Sequence record: DRR723986_3079
Length of the DNA stretch: 55,415 nucleotides
Direction: 5' to 3' (one strand)
A program made the translations under genes and the position numbers. The notes below the pieces were generated by a model. That model saw only the letters and a program-made list of their open reading frames with translations, had not been told where the DNA came from and searched no databases. Positions 28,971 to 39,137 of this stretch are shown here, one piece after another; positions within the stretch are counted from its first letter, which is position 1, and each line of letters opens with the position of its first letter.

Positions 28971-29163
28971 TCGTCAAAGGTCCGTATCGTGTGGATTGCG
29001 GCGATCCATCCTGGATGGAAACGAAATTATAGTTTCGTTTGTAGAGGTGTCGATGTTGGGATTCAACGTTGCGGCGATTTCTGCGCAAGTCTTCAATCAG
29101 AACGATCGCGATGGGAAGCAGGTGCTTTGCGCACAACATTCAGACAATCGGTCACCGGATATG

Positions 29164-29195
29164 AAAACGGCCCGGAACCGCTGGCTCCGGGCCGT
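29164..29195 (-). terminator. Rho-independent terminator after the BMP gene
   Basis: ACGGCCCGGA / TCCGGGCCGT stem followed by TTTT on the - strand. Confidence 0.65.
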
Positions 29196-29217
29196 CCTGG
29201 ATAGGTGATAACCGCGA

Positions 29218-30282
29218 TTATTGCGGCAGTTTGTCGTCGATACCCTGCACGTACCAGTTCATGCCGAGAATGGCTCCATCATCGAGGGCGACGCCATCTT
29301 CAGCGGCAACCGAGCCGTCTTGCTTGGTGATCGGGCCGGTGAACGGCTCCCAACCGCCGGCGATCTTGGCTTCGGTTTCCTTGGCCATTGCAACGACATC
29401 ATCCGGGAGATTGGTGTAAGGCGCCATCACGACGTGACCTTCGGCAAGGCCTGCCCAGGTGCTCTTGGGCTCCCAGGTGCCATCCATGACTTCCTGGATG
29501 CGCTCGATGTAGTACGGACCCCAATCGTCGATGATTGCCGTGTACTGGGCTTCCGGTGCGAACTGGATCATGTCAGATGCCTGACCGAAGCCATGCGCGC
29601 CACGTTCCTGTGCTACCTGAAGCGGTGCGGTGGAATCGGTGTGCTGCGTAATGACATCGGCACCCTGATCGATCAGCGCCTTTGCAGCGTCGGCTTCTTT
29701 GCCCGGATCGAACCAGGAATTGACCCAGACGACCTTCAGCTTGAAGTCCGGGTTGACGGACTGAGCACCGAGCAGAAATGCATTGATGCCGGACACCACT
29801 TCCGGGATCGGGAACGAGGCGATGTAACCTGCGACACCGGATTCGGACTGTTTGGCGGCAATCTGGCCGATAATGTAACGGCCCTGGTGGAACTTGGAGT
29901 TATAGGTCGCGACGTTGTCTGCAGTCTTGTAGCCGGTCGCGTGTTCGAACTTCACATCCGGAAACTTCTTGGCGACCTTGATTGTCGGGTTCATGTAGCC
30001 AAAGGACGTGGTGAAGATGACATTGCAGCCTTCACGGGCGAAACGCTCGATCGCGCGCTCTGCATCCGGACCTTCCGGCACACTTTCAAGATATGCGGTT
30101 TCCAGCTTGTCGCCGAAATGCTTTTCCGCATCAAGACGGCCCTGGTCGTGCTGATAGGACCAACCGAAGTCGCCAACTGGTCCAACGTAGATAAAGCAGG
30201 CTTTGACGTCTGCAGCGTTTGCGGCAGAGCCGGCAGCTGCGAAGGCAACGGCGGCAACGGTTGCTTTCAAAAGAGATTTCAT
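29218..30282 (-). CDS. BMP-family ABC substrate-binding protein (purine/nucleoside)
   Basis: YVGPVGDFGWSYQHDQGR, TTSFGY, QHTDSTAP; signal peptide from the ATG at 30282. Confidence 0.9.
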   Translation of the reverse strand: MKSLLKATVAAVAFAAAGSAANAADVKACFIYVGPVGDFGWSYQHDQGRLDAEKHFGDKLETAYLESVPEGPDAERAIERFAREGCNVIFTTSFGYMNPTIKVAKKFPDVKFEHATGYKTADNVATYNSKFHQGRYIIGQIAAKQSESGVAGYIASFPIPEVVSGINAFLLGAQSVNPDFKLKVVWVNSWFDPGKEADAAKALIDQGADVITQHTDSTAPLQVAQERGAHGFGQASDMIQFAPEAQYTAIIDDWGPYYIERIQEVMDGTWEPKSTWAGLAEGHVVMAPYTNLPDDVVAMAKETEAKIAGGWEPFTGPITKQDGSVAAEDGVALDDGAILGMNWYVQGIDDKLPQ

Positions 30283-30380
30283 CTGGTTCTTTCCCCTCTG
30301 TTTCGATCTCTCTGTTGCGATCTTGTTTAAGGCCAAGCCCCCGATCGCACCGGGGCCGGGCCAACCGGTGGCTGGGAGGC

Positions 30381-31295
30381 TTACCGGTCTGGAACGAATG
30401 GCTTGCCGAGACAGGCTGGCGTGTTGACGAGCGTCAGTCTGCGGTTTGCCGAAATGAGCACAAGCACCAAAATAGTCGCAAGGTACGGCAAGCTGGACAG
30501 CAGTTGGGACGGAATGTCCAGCTCAACTGCCTGGGCGTGGAGGTTCAGGACGCTGACTGCACCAAACAGATAGGCGCCAACAACCACGCGAAGCGGCAGC
30601 CAGGACGAGAACACGACCAATGCCAACGCAATCCAGCCTCGGCCTGCAGTCATGTTTTCAACCCACTGAGGCGTATAGGCAAGCGACATGTAGGCACCCG
30701 CCAGACCTGCACAGGCGCCGCCAAAAAGAACCGCTGCGAACCTGATGCGAATAACGGAATAACCAAGAGCGTGAGCCGACACATGGTTGTCACCAACAGA
30801 CCGAAGCACGAGGCCAAGCCGGGTCCGGAACAGGAAATAGGCAACAGCGATGACCAAGGCGAAACTCACATAAACGAGCGCGTCCTGCTGGAAGAAGACA
30901 GACCCGAAGAACGGAATGTCGGACAGCACAGGAATGTAGAGATCCGGAAGTTTAAGGCCTGGAATGCCGATGAAGGCCTCCCCGATCAGGCCCGAGAAGC
31001 CGACGCCGAGGATGGTCAGGGCAAGACCGGTTGCCACCTGATTGGTTACCAGGACGAGCACAAGGAAGCCGAAAAGTGCCGACATGGCCATGCCGGCGGC
31101 AATTGCCGCAAAGACGCCGAGCGTCCCGGATCCGGTCTGATTGGCGACGGCGAATCCGACCACGGCCCCCATGATCATCATGCCCTCGACACCAAGGTTC
31201 AAAACACCGGAGCGTTCAACGACGAGTTCGCCGATCGCAGCTATCAACAGCGGTGTTGCCGCGGTGATAACGGTCAGGAGAACGGCTTCAAACAT
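30381..31295 (-). CDS. Nucleoside/purine ABC permease
   Basis: GELVVERSGVLNLGVEGMM, GRGWIALALV. Confidence 0.9.
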   Translation of the reverse strand: MFEAVLLTVITAATPLLIAAIGELVVERSGVLNLGVEGMMIMGAVVGFAVANQTGSGTLGVFAAIAAGMAMSALFGFLVLVLVTNQVATGLALTILGVGFSGLIGEAFIGIPGLKLPDLYIPVLSDIPFFGSVFFQQDALVYVSFALVIAVAYFLFRTRLGLVLRSVGDNHVSAHALGYSVIRIRFAAVLFGGACAGLAGAYMSLAYTPQWVENMTAGRGWIALALVVFSSWLPLRVVVGAYLFGAVSVLNLHAQAVELDIPSQLLSSLPYLATILVLVLISANRRLTLVNTPACLGKPFVPDR

Positions 31296-32376
31296 GGGAG
31301 ACCTCCCCTGCCGAACCACGCCGGCCGACAAATCTGATGCGATAGAGGATGAGTGTGTCGCAGGCGAGCACGAAGAACAGCAGAAGGCCCTGAATGACAC
31401 TGGCAATCTTGTTGGAGACACCCATCGCCGATTGCACCGCTTCGCCGCCGATATAGGACAATGCCAACACGAAACCCGCGACGATGATACCGAAGGGATT
31501 CAGCCTTCCCAGAAAGGCGACGATAATGGCTGTAAATCCATAGCCGGGAGAGATGGTCGGGAGGAGCTGGTTGAGTGCACCGGACACTTCCATCGTGCCG
31601 GCAAGGCCTGCAAGACCACCGGCAATTGCGAAGGAAAACAGCGTCAGTTTCTTGGCAGAAAAACCGGCAAAACTGCCTGCGCGAGGGCTTTCGCCCATCA
31701 CCCTGATCTCGAAACCCTTTATGGTCTTGCCGAGGACCACCGCAAGCACGACTGCGACGATCAACGTGATCGGGGCCGCATAGCTGAGTGACGTGCCGGG
31801 GACGGTGGACAAGGTGGCGGCGTCGGAGAAGAGCGCCGATTCCGGGAAGTTGTAACCGCCGGGATCCCGCCACGGTCCGCGAACCAGGTAGTCCAGCAGG
31901 AGACTGGCGACATAGACCAGCATGAGGCTGGTCAGGATTTCGTTGGTATTGAACCTGGTTTTCAACAGCGCCGGGATCAGGGCCCAGAGTGCCCCACCGA
32001 TAGCGCCGAAAGCCATCATCAAGGGAAGCGTGGCAGCACTTTCGAAGTCCGGCATCAGAATGGGCAGAGCAGAGCCGAACAGCGCGCCGACGACGAACTG
32101 GCCTTCAGCACCGATGTTCCAGTTGTTCGACAGATAGCAAACCGACAAGCCGCAGGCGATCAGGATGAGCGGTGTTGCCTTGGCGATTGTCGCGTTGAGA
32201 GACCATTCTTGTGTCAGAGGTTCTATGAAGAACTTATACAATCCAAACAATGGGTTATGTCCGGATATTGAGAAAATGAGTCCGGCTGCGATTGCGGTCA
32301 GACCAACAGCGATCAATGGCGACAGCAGTGCCATCTTTCGGCTGTGCTCTTTTCTTTTCACGAGTTCGACGCGCAT
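31288..32376 (-). CDS. Nucleoside/purine ABC permease
   Basis: WNIGAEGQ, NEILTSLML, GYGFTAIIVAFLGRLNP. Confidence 0.9.
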   Translation of the reverse strand: MRVELVKRKEHSRKMALLSPLIAVGLTAIAAGLIFSISGHNPLFGLYKFFIEPLTQEWSLNATIAKATPLILIACGLSVCYLSNNWNIGAEGQFVVGALFGSALPILMPDFESAATLPLMMAFGAIGGALWALIPALLKTRFNTNEILTSLMLVYVASLLLDYLVRGPWRDPGGYNFPESALFSDAATLSTVPGTSLSYAAPITLIVAVVLAVVLGKTIKGFEIRVMGESPRAGSFAGFSAKKLTLFSFAIAGGLAGLAGTMEVSGALNQLLPTISPGYGFTAIIVAFLGRLNPFGIIVAGFVLALSYIGGEAVQSAMGVSNKIASVIQGLLLFFVLACDTLILYRIRFVGRRGSAGEVSHV

Positions 32377-33971
32377 CAGGCAACCTCCCCTTGCGCTTCC
32401 GCGCCGCCTGCCATGAGCAGGCCGACCCGCTCGCGGTTCATGTCTGAAGTCGGCTCGGCCGCAGACAGATAGCCTCTGGAAATAACCGCAATCCGGTCGG
32501 CGATTTCGAATATTTCATCCAGGTCCTGGCTGATCACCAGCACCGCCGATCCGGAGCGGGCAAGGTCGATGAGTGCCTGCCGGATAAGTGCGGCGGCACC
32601 GGCATCGACACCCCAGGTTGGCTGGTTCACGATCAGCACACCAGGTTTGCGGTCCAGCTCGCGGCCGACTACAAATTTCTGAAGATTGCCCCCTGAAAGG
32701 GAACGCGCTTCCGGATCGTCATGGGACATGCGCACGTCGAAGGACTTCTTGATGCGCTGTTCCATCTTGCCTGCATTGGCATTGGAGACGAAGAAACCAC
32801 TGACCAGCTTGTCGCCGGTTCTGTGGCGCGTCAGAACGATGTTCTGCGATAGTTTCATGCCCGGTACGGCGCCGTGGCCGAGACGTTCTTCTGGCACGAA
32901 AGCCGCGTTCTGCCTGCGTCGCCAAGTAATGTTCCTGTTGCCGCAGGGCTTGCCGTCCAGATCGACCATGTCGGCTGCCACTGGCATTTCACCGGAGATC
33001 GCGTCGAAGAGCTCACCCTGGCCGTTGCCTGCAACGCCGGCGATCGCAACCACTTCACCGGCTCTGAGATCCAGCGAGACCTTGTTCAGCGCTGTTGCAA
33101 ATGGCGTTGCGGCTTTTGCGGACAGGTTCTTCAGGGCAAGCCGGGTTTCGCCGATCTGCGGCTTTTGAGAGCTGGCGCTTACGGAGGCAACGTCGGCTCC
33201 CACCATCATGCTGGCCAGAGATGCCGGTGTTTCCTTGGTCGGGTCACATTCGCGCACCACCTGGCCATGCCGGAGGATCGTCGCGTGGTGACAAATGCGT
33301 TTGACCTCTTCCAGCCGATGGCTGATGTACAGAACGGCACAGCCTTCCTTGGCCAGGCGCTCCAGCGTCAGGAAGAGAAGATCCGCTTCCTGGGGCGTAA
33401 GCACCGATGTCGGTTCGTCCATGATGATCAGCTGCGGTTCCTGAAGCAGGCATCGCACAATCTCGATACGCTGGCGGATGCCGACCGGCAAGTCCGCGAC
33501 AATGTCGTCCGGATTCAGGGGCAAGCCATAATCGCGCGACACGGATTGGATCCGATTGGCGAGTTCAGACATTCGCCCCGGATTTGGCAATGCCAACGCG
33601 ATATTTTCAGCAACCGTCAAGGCTTCGAACAGCGAAAAATGCTGGAACACCATCCCGATGCCGAGTTCGCGAGCAGCTGCCGGGTTGCCGATGTCGACCC
33701 GTTGGCCCTGCCAGAGAATTTCACCGCCATCCGGCTCCAGTGAACCGTAGAACATTTTTACGAGGGTCGATTTGCCTGCGCCATTTTCGCCAAGGAGTGC
33801 ATGTATTTCACCCTTGTTTATGACGAGATCGACCCTGTCGTTCGCCAGAATGTCGCCAAATCGTTTGGTCAGGCCCCGGGCATCGAGCAAAGTATCCTTT
33901 CCGGATCTGCTCTGCCGCGCCGTGCCGCCGTCCCCTGTCATCGTTTCTGTTTCTGCCACGCCGTCCCCCAA
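32376..33971 (-). CDS. Nucleoside/purine ABC ATPase (two domains)
   Basis: GENGAGKST, DEPTSVLTPQE, LSGGNLQK; start uncertain. Confidence 0.9.
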   Translation of the reverse strand: MGDGVAETETMTGDGGTARQSRSGKDTLLDARGLTKRFGDILANDRVDLVINKGEIHALLGENGAGKSTLVKMFYGSLEPDGGEILWQGQRVDIGNPAAARELGIGMVFQHFSLFEALTVAENIALALPNPGRMSELANRIQSVSRDYGLPLNPDDIVADLPVGIRQRIEIVRCLLQEPQLIIMDEPTSVLTPQEADLLFLTLERLAKEGCAVLYISHRLEEVKRICHHATILRHGQVVRECDPTKETPASLASMMVGADVASVSASSQKPQIGETRLALKNLSAKAATPFATALNKVSLDLRAGEVVAIAGVAGNGQGELFDAISGEMPVAADMVDLDGKPCGNRNITWRRRQNAAFVPEERLGHGAVPGMKLSQNIVLTRHRTGDKLVSGFFVSNANAGKMEQRIKKSFDVRMSHDDPEARSLSGGNLQKFVVGRELDRKPGVLIVNQPTWGVDAGAAALIRQALIDLARSGSAVLVISQDLDEIFEIADRIAVISRGYLSAAEPTSDMNRERVGLLMAGGAEAQGEVA

Positions 33972-33983
33972 GCGAATGCCGCC

Positions 33984-34997
33984 TTATTGACCAAGTGTTA
34001 GTTTTTGTGCAAGCCCCCCGGCTGCAGCGGCCTGTTGATGATTTCCAGCTTCGTCCCGAACCAGCAGATCGACAGCTATTCCTGCAGCGATTGCAGCGGG
34101 TTGTTTTGATTTGACTGAAGTCACCCCGACGGGACAGACCATGTTTGCCGTCAAAGTGTCATTCAGCCCCCGGGCCTTCAGTCGTTTCAGGAAGCGCGCC
34201 CGCTTGGTTTTGGAGCCGATCACACCGCAATAGGCAAAGCGTTGTTGAAGCAAGGCACGTGCCATGATGTCTTCATCCAGGGCGTGCGAGTGGGTCATCG
34301 CCAGGACAAAGGCGCCATCAGGGGCTTGTTCAAGGCAGACAGCTAGATCAGGGTTTGAAACTTTCCGGACATTTCCCGGAACCGCAGCCGGAAACTGGTC
34401 CGCCCTGCTGTCGATCCATGTCACGCTGAAAGGCAGAGGTGCGAGCGCAAGGACAACAGCTTTTCCTACATGCCCTGCACCAAACAGATAAAGTTCGCGC
34501 CGCTTGCTGCCAAATTGCTCGATCAGCAGTTGCTTGCCCGTTTTTTGGTCAAGTTGAAGGAAGAAGCGGTTCGTTGAAACGTCCGGCAGCAGATCGCGTG
34601 TCTGCACCACACCGTTCACAATACTGGCCTCGGTGGAAAACTGCGTTCCGTCGTTTTCCCGAAGCGAGAGTGTCTGAGCCATTTCAAGCGATGACGTTGT
34701 CAGCACCTCGATGGCGATTTGCGTACGCCCACCGCAGCACTGACCGAGGTCCGGGCCAAGCGAGACATTGTGGAGCTCGAAGCTGGCCACGCCATCCAGG
34801 ATAGCTTTGTGTGCACGGCGGATGGCTTCGAACTCAAGCGTGCCGCCACCAATCGTGCCATAAAATCCACCACCAGCCGTTACCACCATACGAGCACCGT
34901 CTTCGCGTGGTGTCGAGCCGTCGGCACGAGCAACGGTTACAAGTGCACAAGCGCCGTTTCGCTTCAAACAGTCGGCAATGTGCCCCCAGACCTTCAT
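33984..34997 (-). CDS. xdhC: Xanthine dehydrogenase accessory protein
   Basis: GSTPRE, GTIGGGTLE, LGQCCGG, FGAGHVG, MTHSHALD. Confidence 0.92.
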   Translation of the reverse strand: MKVWGHIADCLKRNGACALVTVARADGSTPREDGARMVVTAGGGFYGTIGGGTLEFEAIRRAHKAILDGVASFELHNVSLGPDLGQCCGGRTQIAIEVLTTSSLEMAQTLSLRENDGTQFSTEASIVNGVVQTRDLLPDVSTNRFFLQLDQKTGKQLLIEQFGSKRRELYLFGAGHVGKAVVLALAPLPFSVTWIDSRADQFPAAVPGNVRKVSNPDLAVCLEQAPDGAFVLAMTHSHALDEDIMARALLQQRFAYCGVIGSKTKRARFLKRLKARGLNDTLTANMVCPVGVTSVKSKQPAAIAAGIAVDLLVRDEAGNHQQAAAAGGLAQKLTLGQ

Positions 34998-37333
34998 CAG
35001 GAGATCTTCCTCCGGCGCATATCCTGGACGGCTTTCATGATTGCCTCAGGTGTTGCCGGTGCGTCCAGATTGGGAACAACTCCCGGGCTAAGGCTCGCGA
35101 CGGCATCATTGATCGCGCAAAACACTGCATTGGCCAACATGACAGGCGGTTCGCCAACGGCCTTGGACCGGTAAACGGTTGCCTGAGGGTTGCCGCTGCC
35201 TTCATAGAGACGGACGTTGAATTCCTCTGGAATGTCGGATGCTGTCGGGATCTTGTAGGTCGAGGGAGCGTGGGTACGAAGGCGCCCCTTTTCGTCCCAG
35301 ACCAGTTCTTCGGTGGTAAGCCACCCCATCCCCTGAACAAAGCCACCTTCGATCTGCCCCAGGTCAATCGCAGGGTTCAGCGAATGGCCGACATCGTGAA
35401 GAATATCCACCCGGTCGACGGTCATCTCGCCGGTCATCGTATCGATTGTCACCTCGGCGCATGCGCCGCCAAAGGCAAAGTAATAGAAGGGGCGCCCGGT
35501 AGCGCTTTCTCTCTCCCACGTTATCCCTGGCGTTGCGTAATAACCTGCGTGTGAAAGCTGAATACGTGCCATGTGCGCCAGCTTGGCGACTTCCGAAAGG
35601 GCAAAGCTCTGGTCACCGACAACCACCTTGTTATCGCCGAAGAAGATTGCTTCCGGTCCGCATTGATGCAGTTCGCACAGGAAGGTCATCAGTCGGTTCT
35701 TGATTTCCTTCGCCGCCAGCTTGGCGGCCATGGCGTTGAGGTCTGTCCCGGAAGATGCAGCCGTTGGGCCCGTGTTGGGAACCTTTGAGGTGTTGGTGGC
35801 GGTGATGCGTACCTTGGTCAGGCTGACACCGAATTCCTCCGCAACAACCTGCGCCACTTTCTGATACAGCCCCTGGCCCATCTCGGTGCCACCATGGTTC
35901 AGATGAATCGAACCGTCGGTATAAAGATGAACGAGCGCACCGGCCTGGTTGAGATGTTTCAGCGTGAAGGAAATGCCGAACTTAACCGGTGTCAGGGCCA
36001 GGCCCTTTTTCAGAACAGCGTTGTTTTCGTTGAAGAAGCGCACATCATCACGTCGTGCCCAATAGTCTGAACTCTCTTCCAATTGGGCGATCAGGTCATG
36101 CATGACCTGAAACTCTTCCACCGGCATGCCGAAAGGCGTCAGGTTCCGTTCTCCGTCATAGAAATTCAGCTTGCGAATTTCGAGCGGGTCCTTGTCGAGA
36201 CTGATCGCGATCGCATCGATCATGCGTTCGGCAGCGAGCATGCCTTGCGGTCCACCGAACCCGCGGAATGCGGTGTTGGAGCAGGTGTCCGTGCGCAAGC
36301 GCCGGGAGCGGATGAGTGCATCCGGGTAGAAGTAGCTCGAATCGGCATGAAACAGCGTTCGATCATTCACACCGAGTGAAAGATCGACGGAATAACCGCA
36401 ACGGGCCAGGAATTCCATGTCGACGGCACGGATGCGACCTTCGCTATCGTGGCCGACCTGCCAGTTGACCTTAAAGTCGTGTCGCTTGCCAGTCATGATC
36501 ATGTCATCGTCGCGGTCGAGGCGGATCTTGCAGGTTCGGCCCGTGTGACTGGCTGCGATGGACGCCAGGGCAGCCCATTGGTTCGCCTGCGATTCCTTGC
36601 CGCCGAAACCACCTCCCATGCGGCGAACCTCAGCCGTGACAGCGGCATCGGGTACACCGAGCACCTTGGCAACCGTGTGCTGGATTTCGGTCGGGTGCTG
36701 GGTCGAGGAATACACCAGCATGCCGCCGTCTTCCTGTGGCTGGGCCATGGCGACCTGGCCTTCCAGGTAAAAATGCTCCTGTCCGCCGATTTTCATGCTG
36801 CCAGAGAGGATTTCCTCGGCTGCGTTCATGCCGGTTTCAGGCGAACCACGCCGGAACTGATAATCCGGAAGCACTGTGGTGTCGGCGTCGACAGCGTCTT
36901 CAGCCGTCAGGATGGGGGTGATCGGTGCAATATCGATCTTTGCCTTCAACGCCGCTTTGCGCGCCAGGTCTCTTGTTTCGCCGACGACGGCAAAGGCGAC
37001 CTGCCCGTAGAACAGGATTTCATCCTCGGCGAAAACAGGATCATCGCCAAAGGCGGATGAACAGTCATTCTTTCCCGGGACATCCTTCGCGGTCAGGACG
37101 GCAACCACACCAGGTGAAGCATGGACCTCTTCAAGATCCATTGCCAGGATCCTGCCCCTGACAGCCTGCCTTGACCAGCCGGGCACCACGTGAAGCGTGC
37201 CAACGGGTTCGACCATGTCGTCGATATAGGTCGCCGTACCGGAAACGTGTTTAGCCGCGCTGTCATGCGGCAACGCCTTGCGGACATGCTTCAGGGGTGT
37301 TGTCAGGTCGTTGGGATCAAGCTGCGCGGTCAT
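34997..37333 (-). CDS. xdhB: Xanthine dehydrogenase molybdopterin subunit
   Basis: QEHFYLEG, RRMGGGFGGKESQ, AFRGFGGPQG, SKAVGEPP. Confidence 0.95.
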   Translation of the reverse strand: MTAQLDPNDLTTPLKHVRKALPHDSAAKHVSGTATYIDDMVEPVGTLHVVPGWSRQAVRGRILAMDLEEVHASPGVVAVLTAKDVPGKNDCSSAFGDDPVFAEDEILFYGQVAFAVVGETRDLARKAALKAKIDIAPITPILTAEDAVDADTTVLPDYQFRRGSPETGMNAAEEILSGSMKIGGQEHFYLEGQVAMAQPQEDGGMLVYSSTQHPTEIQHTVAKVLGVPDAAVTAEVRRMGGGFGGKESQANQWAALASIAASHTGRTCKIRLDRDDDMIMTGKRHDFKVNWQVGHDSEGRIRAVDMEFLARCGYSVDLSLGVNDRTLFHADSSYFYPDALIRSRRLRTDTCSNTAFRGFGGPQGMLAAERMIDAIAISLDKDPLEIRKLNFYDGERNLTPFGMPVEEFQVMHDLIAQLEESSDYWARRDDVRFFNENNAVLKKGLALTPVKFGISFTLKHLNQAGALVHLYTDGSIHLNHGGTEMGQGLYQKVAQVVAEEFGVSLTKVRITATNTSKVPNTGPTAASSGTDLNAMAAKLAAKEIKNRLMTFLCELHQCGPEAIFFGDNKVVVGDQSFALSEVAKLAHMARIQLSHAGYYATPGITWERESATGRPFYYFAFGGACAEVTIDTMTGEMTVDRVDILHDVGHSLNPAIDLGQIEGGFVQGMGWLTTEELVWDEKGRLRTHAPSTYKIPTASDIPEEFNVRLYEGSGNPQATVYRSKAVGEPPVMLANAVFCAINDAVASLSPGVVPNLDAPATPEAIMKAVQDMRRRKIS

Positions 37334-38801
37334 GGCCTGCCTCCCGCTTGGCAAGCACGCGGAGTTCTTCCGGTGCGGTACCGCTGACCTCCATAAGGGC
37401 CTTTGCGAGCAACGCCCGCGCCGTTTCCATTCGGTACTCGGCACTTGCGCGCATATCTGTCAGTGGCGTGTAATCGGACAGCAATGCCTGCATGGCAGCG
37501 CCCCAGGTGGACGGATCGTCCAGCGAAGCTCCTTTCAAGGCAGCTTCCGCACCGGTTGCCCGTTTCGGTGTTCCTGCCATGCCGCCAAAGGCGATCCGGG
37601 CATCCGTAACCATGCCTTCTCCATCCACCGTCAGGCGGAATGCTCCCATGACGGATGAGATGTCCTGATCGAAGCGCTTGGTGATCTTGTAGCAACGGAA
37701 AGCCTGATTTGCAGAAAGTCGGGGTACGAAGAGACCGGTTACGAACTCTCCCGGTCTGCGATCCTGCTTGCCGTAGTCGATGAAGAATTCTTCCAGCGGC
37801 AACGCCCTTGAGCCTTCTGCGGAATGCAGTTCCAGAGTTGTCCCCAGTGCGATCAATGCAGGAGGCGTGTCGCCGATCGGCGAGCCATTTGCAATGTTTC
37901 CACCGACTGTTCCCGAGGCGCGAACCTGCTTCGAGCCGATCCGGCGCCAGAGTTCACCCAGGTTTGATGAAATGCCAGTCATGGCTTCTTCGGTCGCGGC
38001 ATAAGTAGCCGTTGCGCCGATCAGCACTCCGGACGGACTGTCTTCCACACGGTCGAGGCCCTCTATTCGGCCAAGCCAAATCATCTTGGGCAAGTCGCGC
38101 AGATGCTTCGTGATCCACAGACCGACATCTGTCGCCCCGGCAACAAGGGTCGCATTGGGGTGCTGGCCGTAAAGAGCTGCCAAACCGTCAAGCGTTGCCG
38201 GCGAGGAAAAGAAGCAGTCGCTGTCTCCGATGAAGACATCGCTGCTGTCGGACAATTGTCGCAACTGTTCCCGTGTCTCATGAGCCCGCCACGAAAAAGC
38301 ATCGTCTGCAGCGTCAAAACAAGAGTCCAACGCGGCGTCGATAATCGGTCTGTATCCCGTGCAGCGACACAGGTTTCCGGCCAGCCATTCGGTGACGGTC
38401 TTGCGTGATTTTTCCGCCCCTGCGTCATGATAGAGCGTGAAAAGCGTCATGATGAAGCCGGGCGTACAGAACCCGCATTGTGAGCCATGCATCTCGACCA
38501 TCGCGGCCTGAACCGGGTGGAGCCTCGTATCGTCGGAGAGGTCTTCGACAGTCACCAGTTCAGCGCCATCAATCATGCCGAGCAACTGGATGCAGCTGTT
38601 CACGGGTTGATAGACCAACTTGCCGTCGATCAATCGGCCAAGGGCGACGGTGCAGGCCCCGCAGTCCCCCTCGCCGCAGCCTTCCTTCGTTCCGGTTTCG
38701 CGGCGGCGGAGGCGCAAGTAATCGAGAACGGTTTCCGTTGGACCGACATTCGCAAGTTCAACGATTTCACCACCCTTGAGGAAACGGATCGTGTCACGCA
38801 T
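37317..38801 (-). CDS. xdhA: Xanthine dehydrogenase small (FeS/FAD) subunit
   Basis: [39 protein letters not shown]; start at the ATG at 38801. Confidence 0.95.
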   Translation of the reverse strand: MRDTIRFLKGGEIVELANVGPTETVLDYLRLRRRETGTKEGCGEGDCGACTVALGRLIDGKLVYQPVNSCIQLLGMIDGAELVTVEDLSDDTRLHPVQAAMVEMHGSQCGFCTPGFIMTLFTLYHDAGAEKSRKTVTEWLAGNLCRCTGYRPIIDAALDSCFDAADDAFSWRAHETREQLRQLSDSSDVFIGDSDCFFSSPATLDGLAALYGQHPNATLVAGATDVGLWITKHLRDLPKMIWLGRIEGLDRVEDSPSGVLIGATATYAATEEAMTGISSNLGELWRRIGSKQVRASGTVGGNIANGSPIGDTPPALIALGTTLELHSAEGSRALPLEEFFIDYGKQDRRPGEFVTGLFVPRLSANQAFRCYKITKRFDQDISSVMGAFRLTVDGEGMVTDARIAFGGMAGTPKRATGAEAALKGASLDDPSTWGAAMQALLSDYTPLTDMRASAEYRMETARALLAKALMEVSGTAPEELRVLAKREAGHDRAA

Positions 38802-39036
38802 GGGCCTGCTTCCCAATGTTAGCCAAAAACGGACCGGAGACATCTGATGCGTAACAGTTTGAACACTCCGCATGCATTGGGAGCATTGCATCACGAGCCG
38901 CAAAATGGTGGTCATGGAGTACCCGGTGCGAAGCATGCGGACCAGGTGCCTTACCCATGCTCCACAGCCTGCTCAGCAGGCCGCTTTCGGGCCCTGCCAA
39001 GGCTGTATTCAGATCGTGCGTAGGCAAACGCCCCAT
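38794..39036 (-). pseudogene. Eroded 5-hydroxyisourate hydrolase (uraH/pucM)-like relic
   Basis: RBS GAGGGAG, then MGRLPTHDLNTALAGPESGL...LW, resembling the UraH N-terminus (MGRLTTHVLDTA...P..G); 80 aa, no YRGS end; directly before xdhA. Confidence 0.6.
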
Positions 39037-39137
39037 CAGTTTTCTCCCTCGCACGGCGCATTGCCGCAAAACTGTCACAAAAAATGTGCCTTAAAAAAAC
39101 ATGGAACCAAAGCGCTCATTTGAGACCGCAATGTTGC

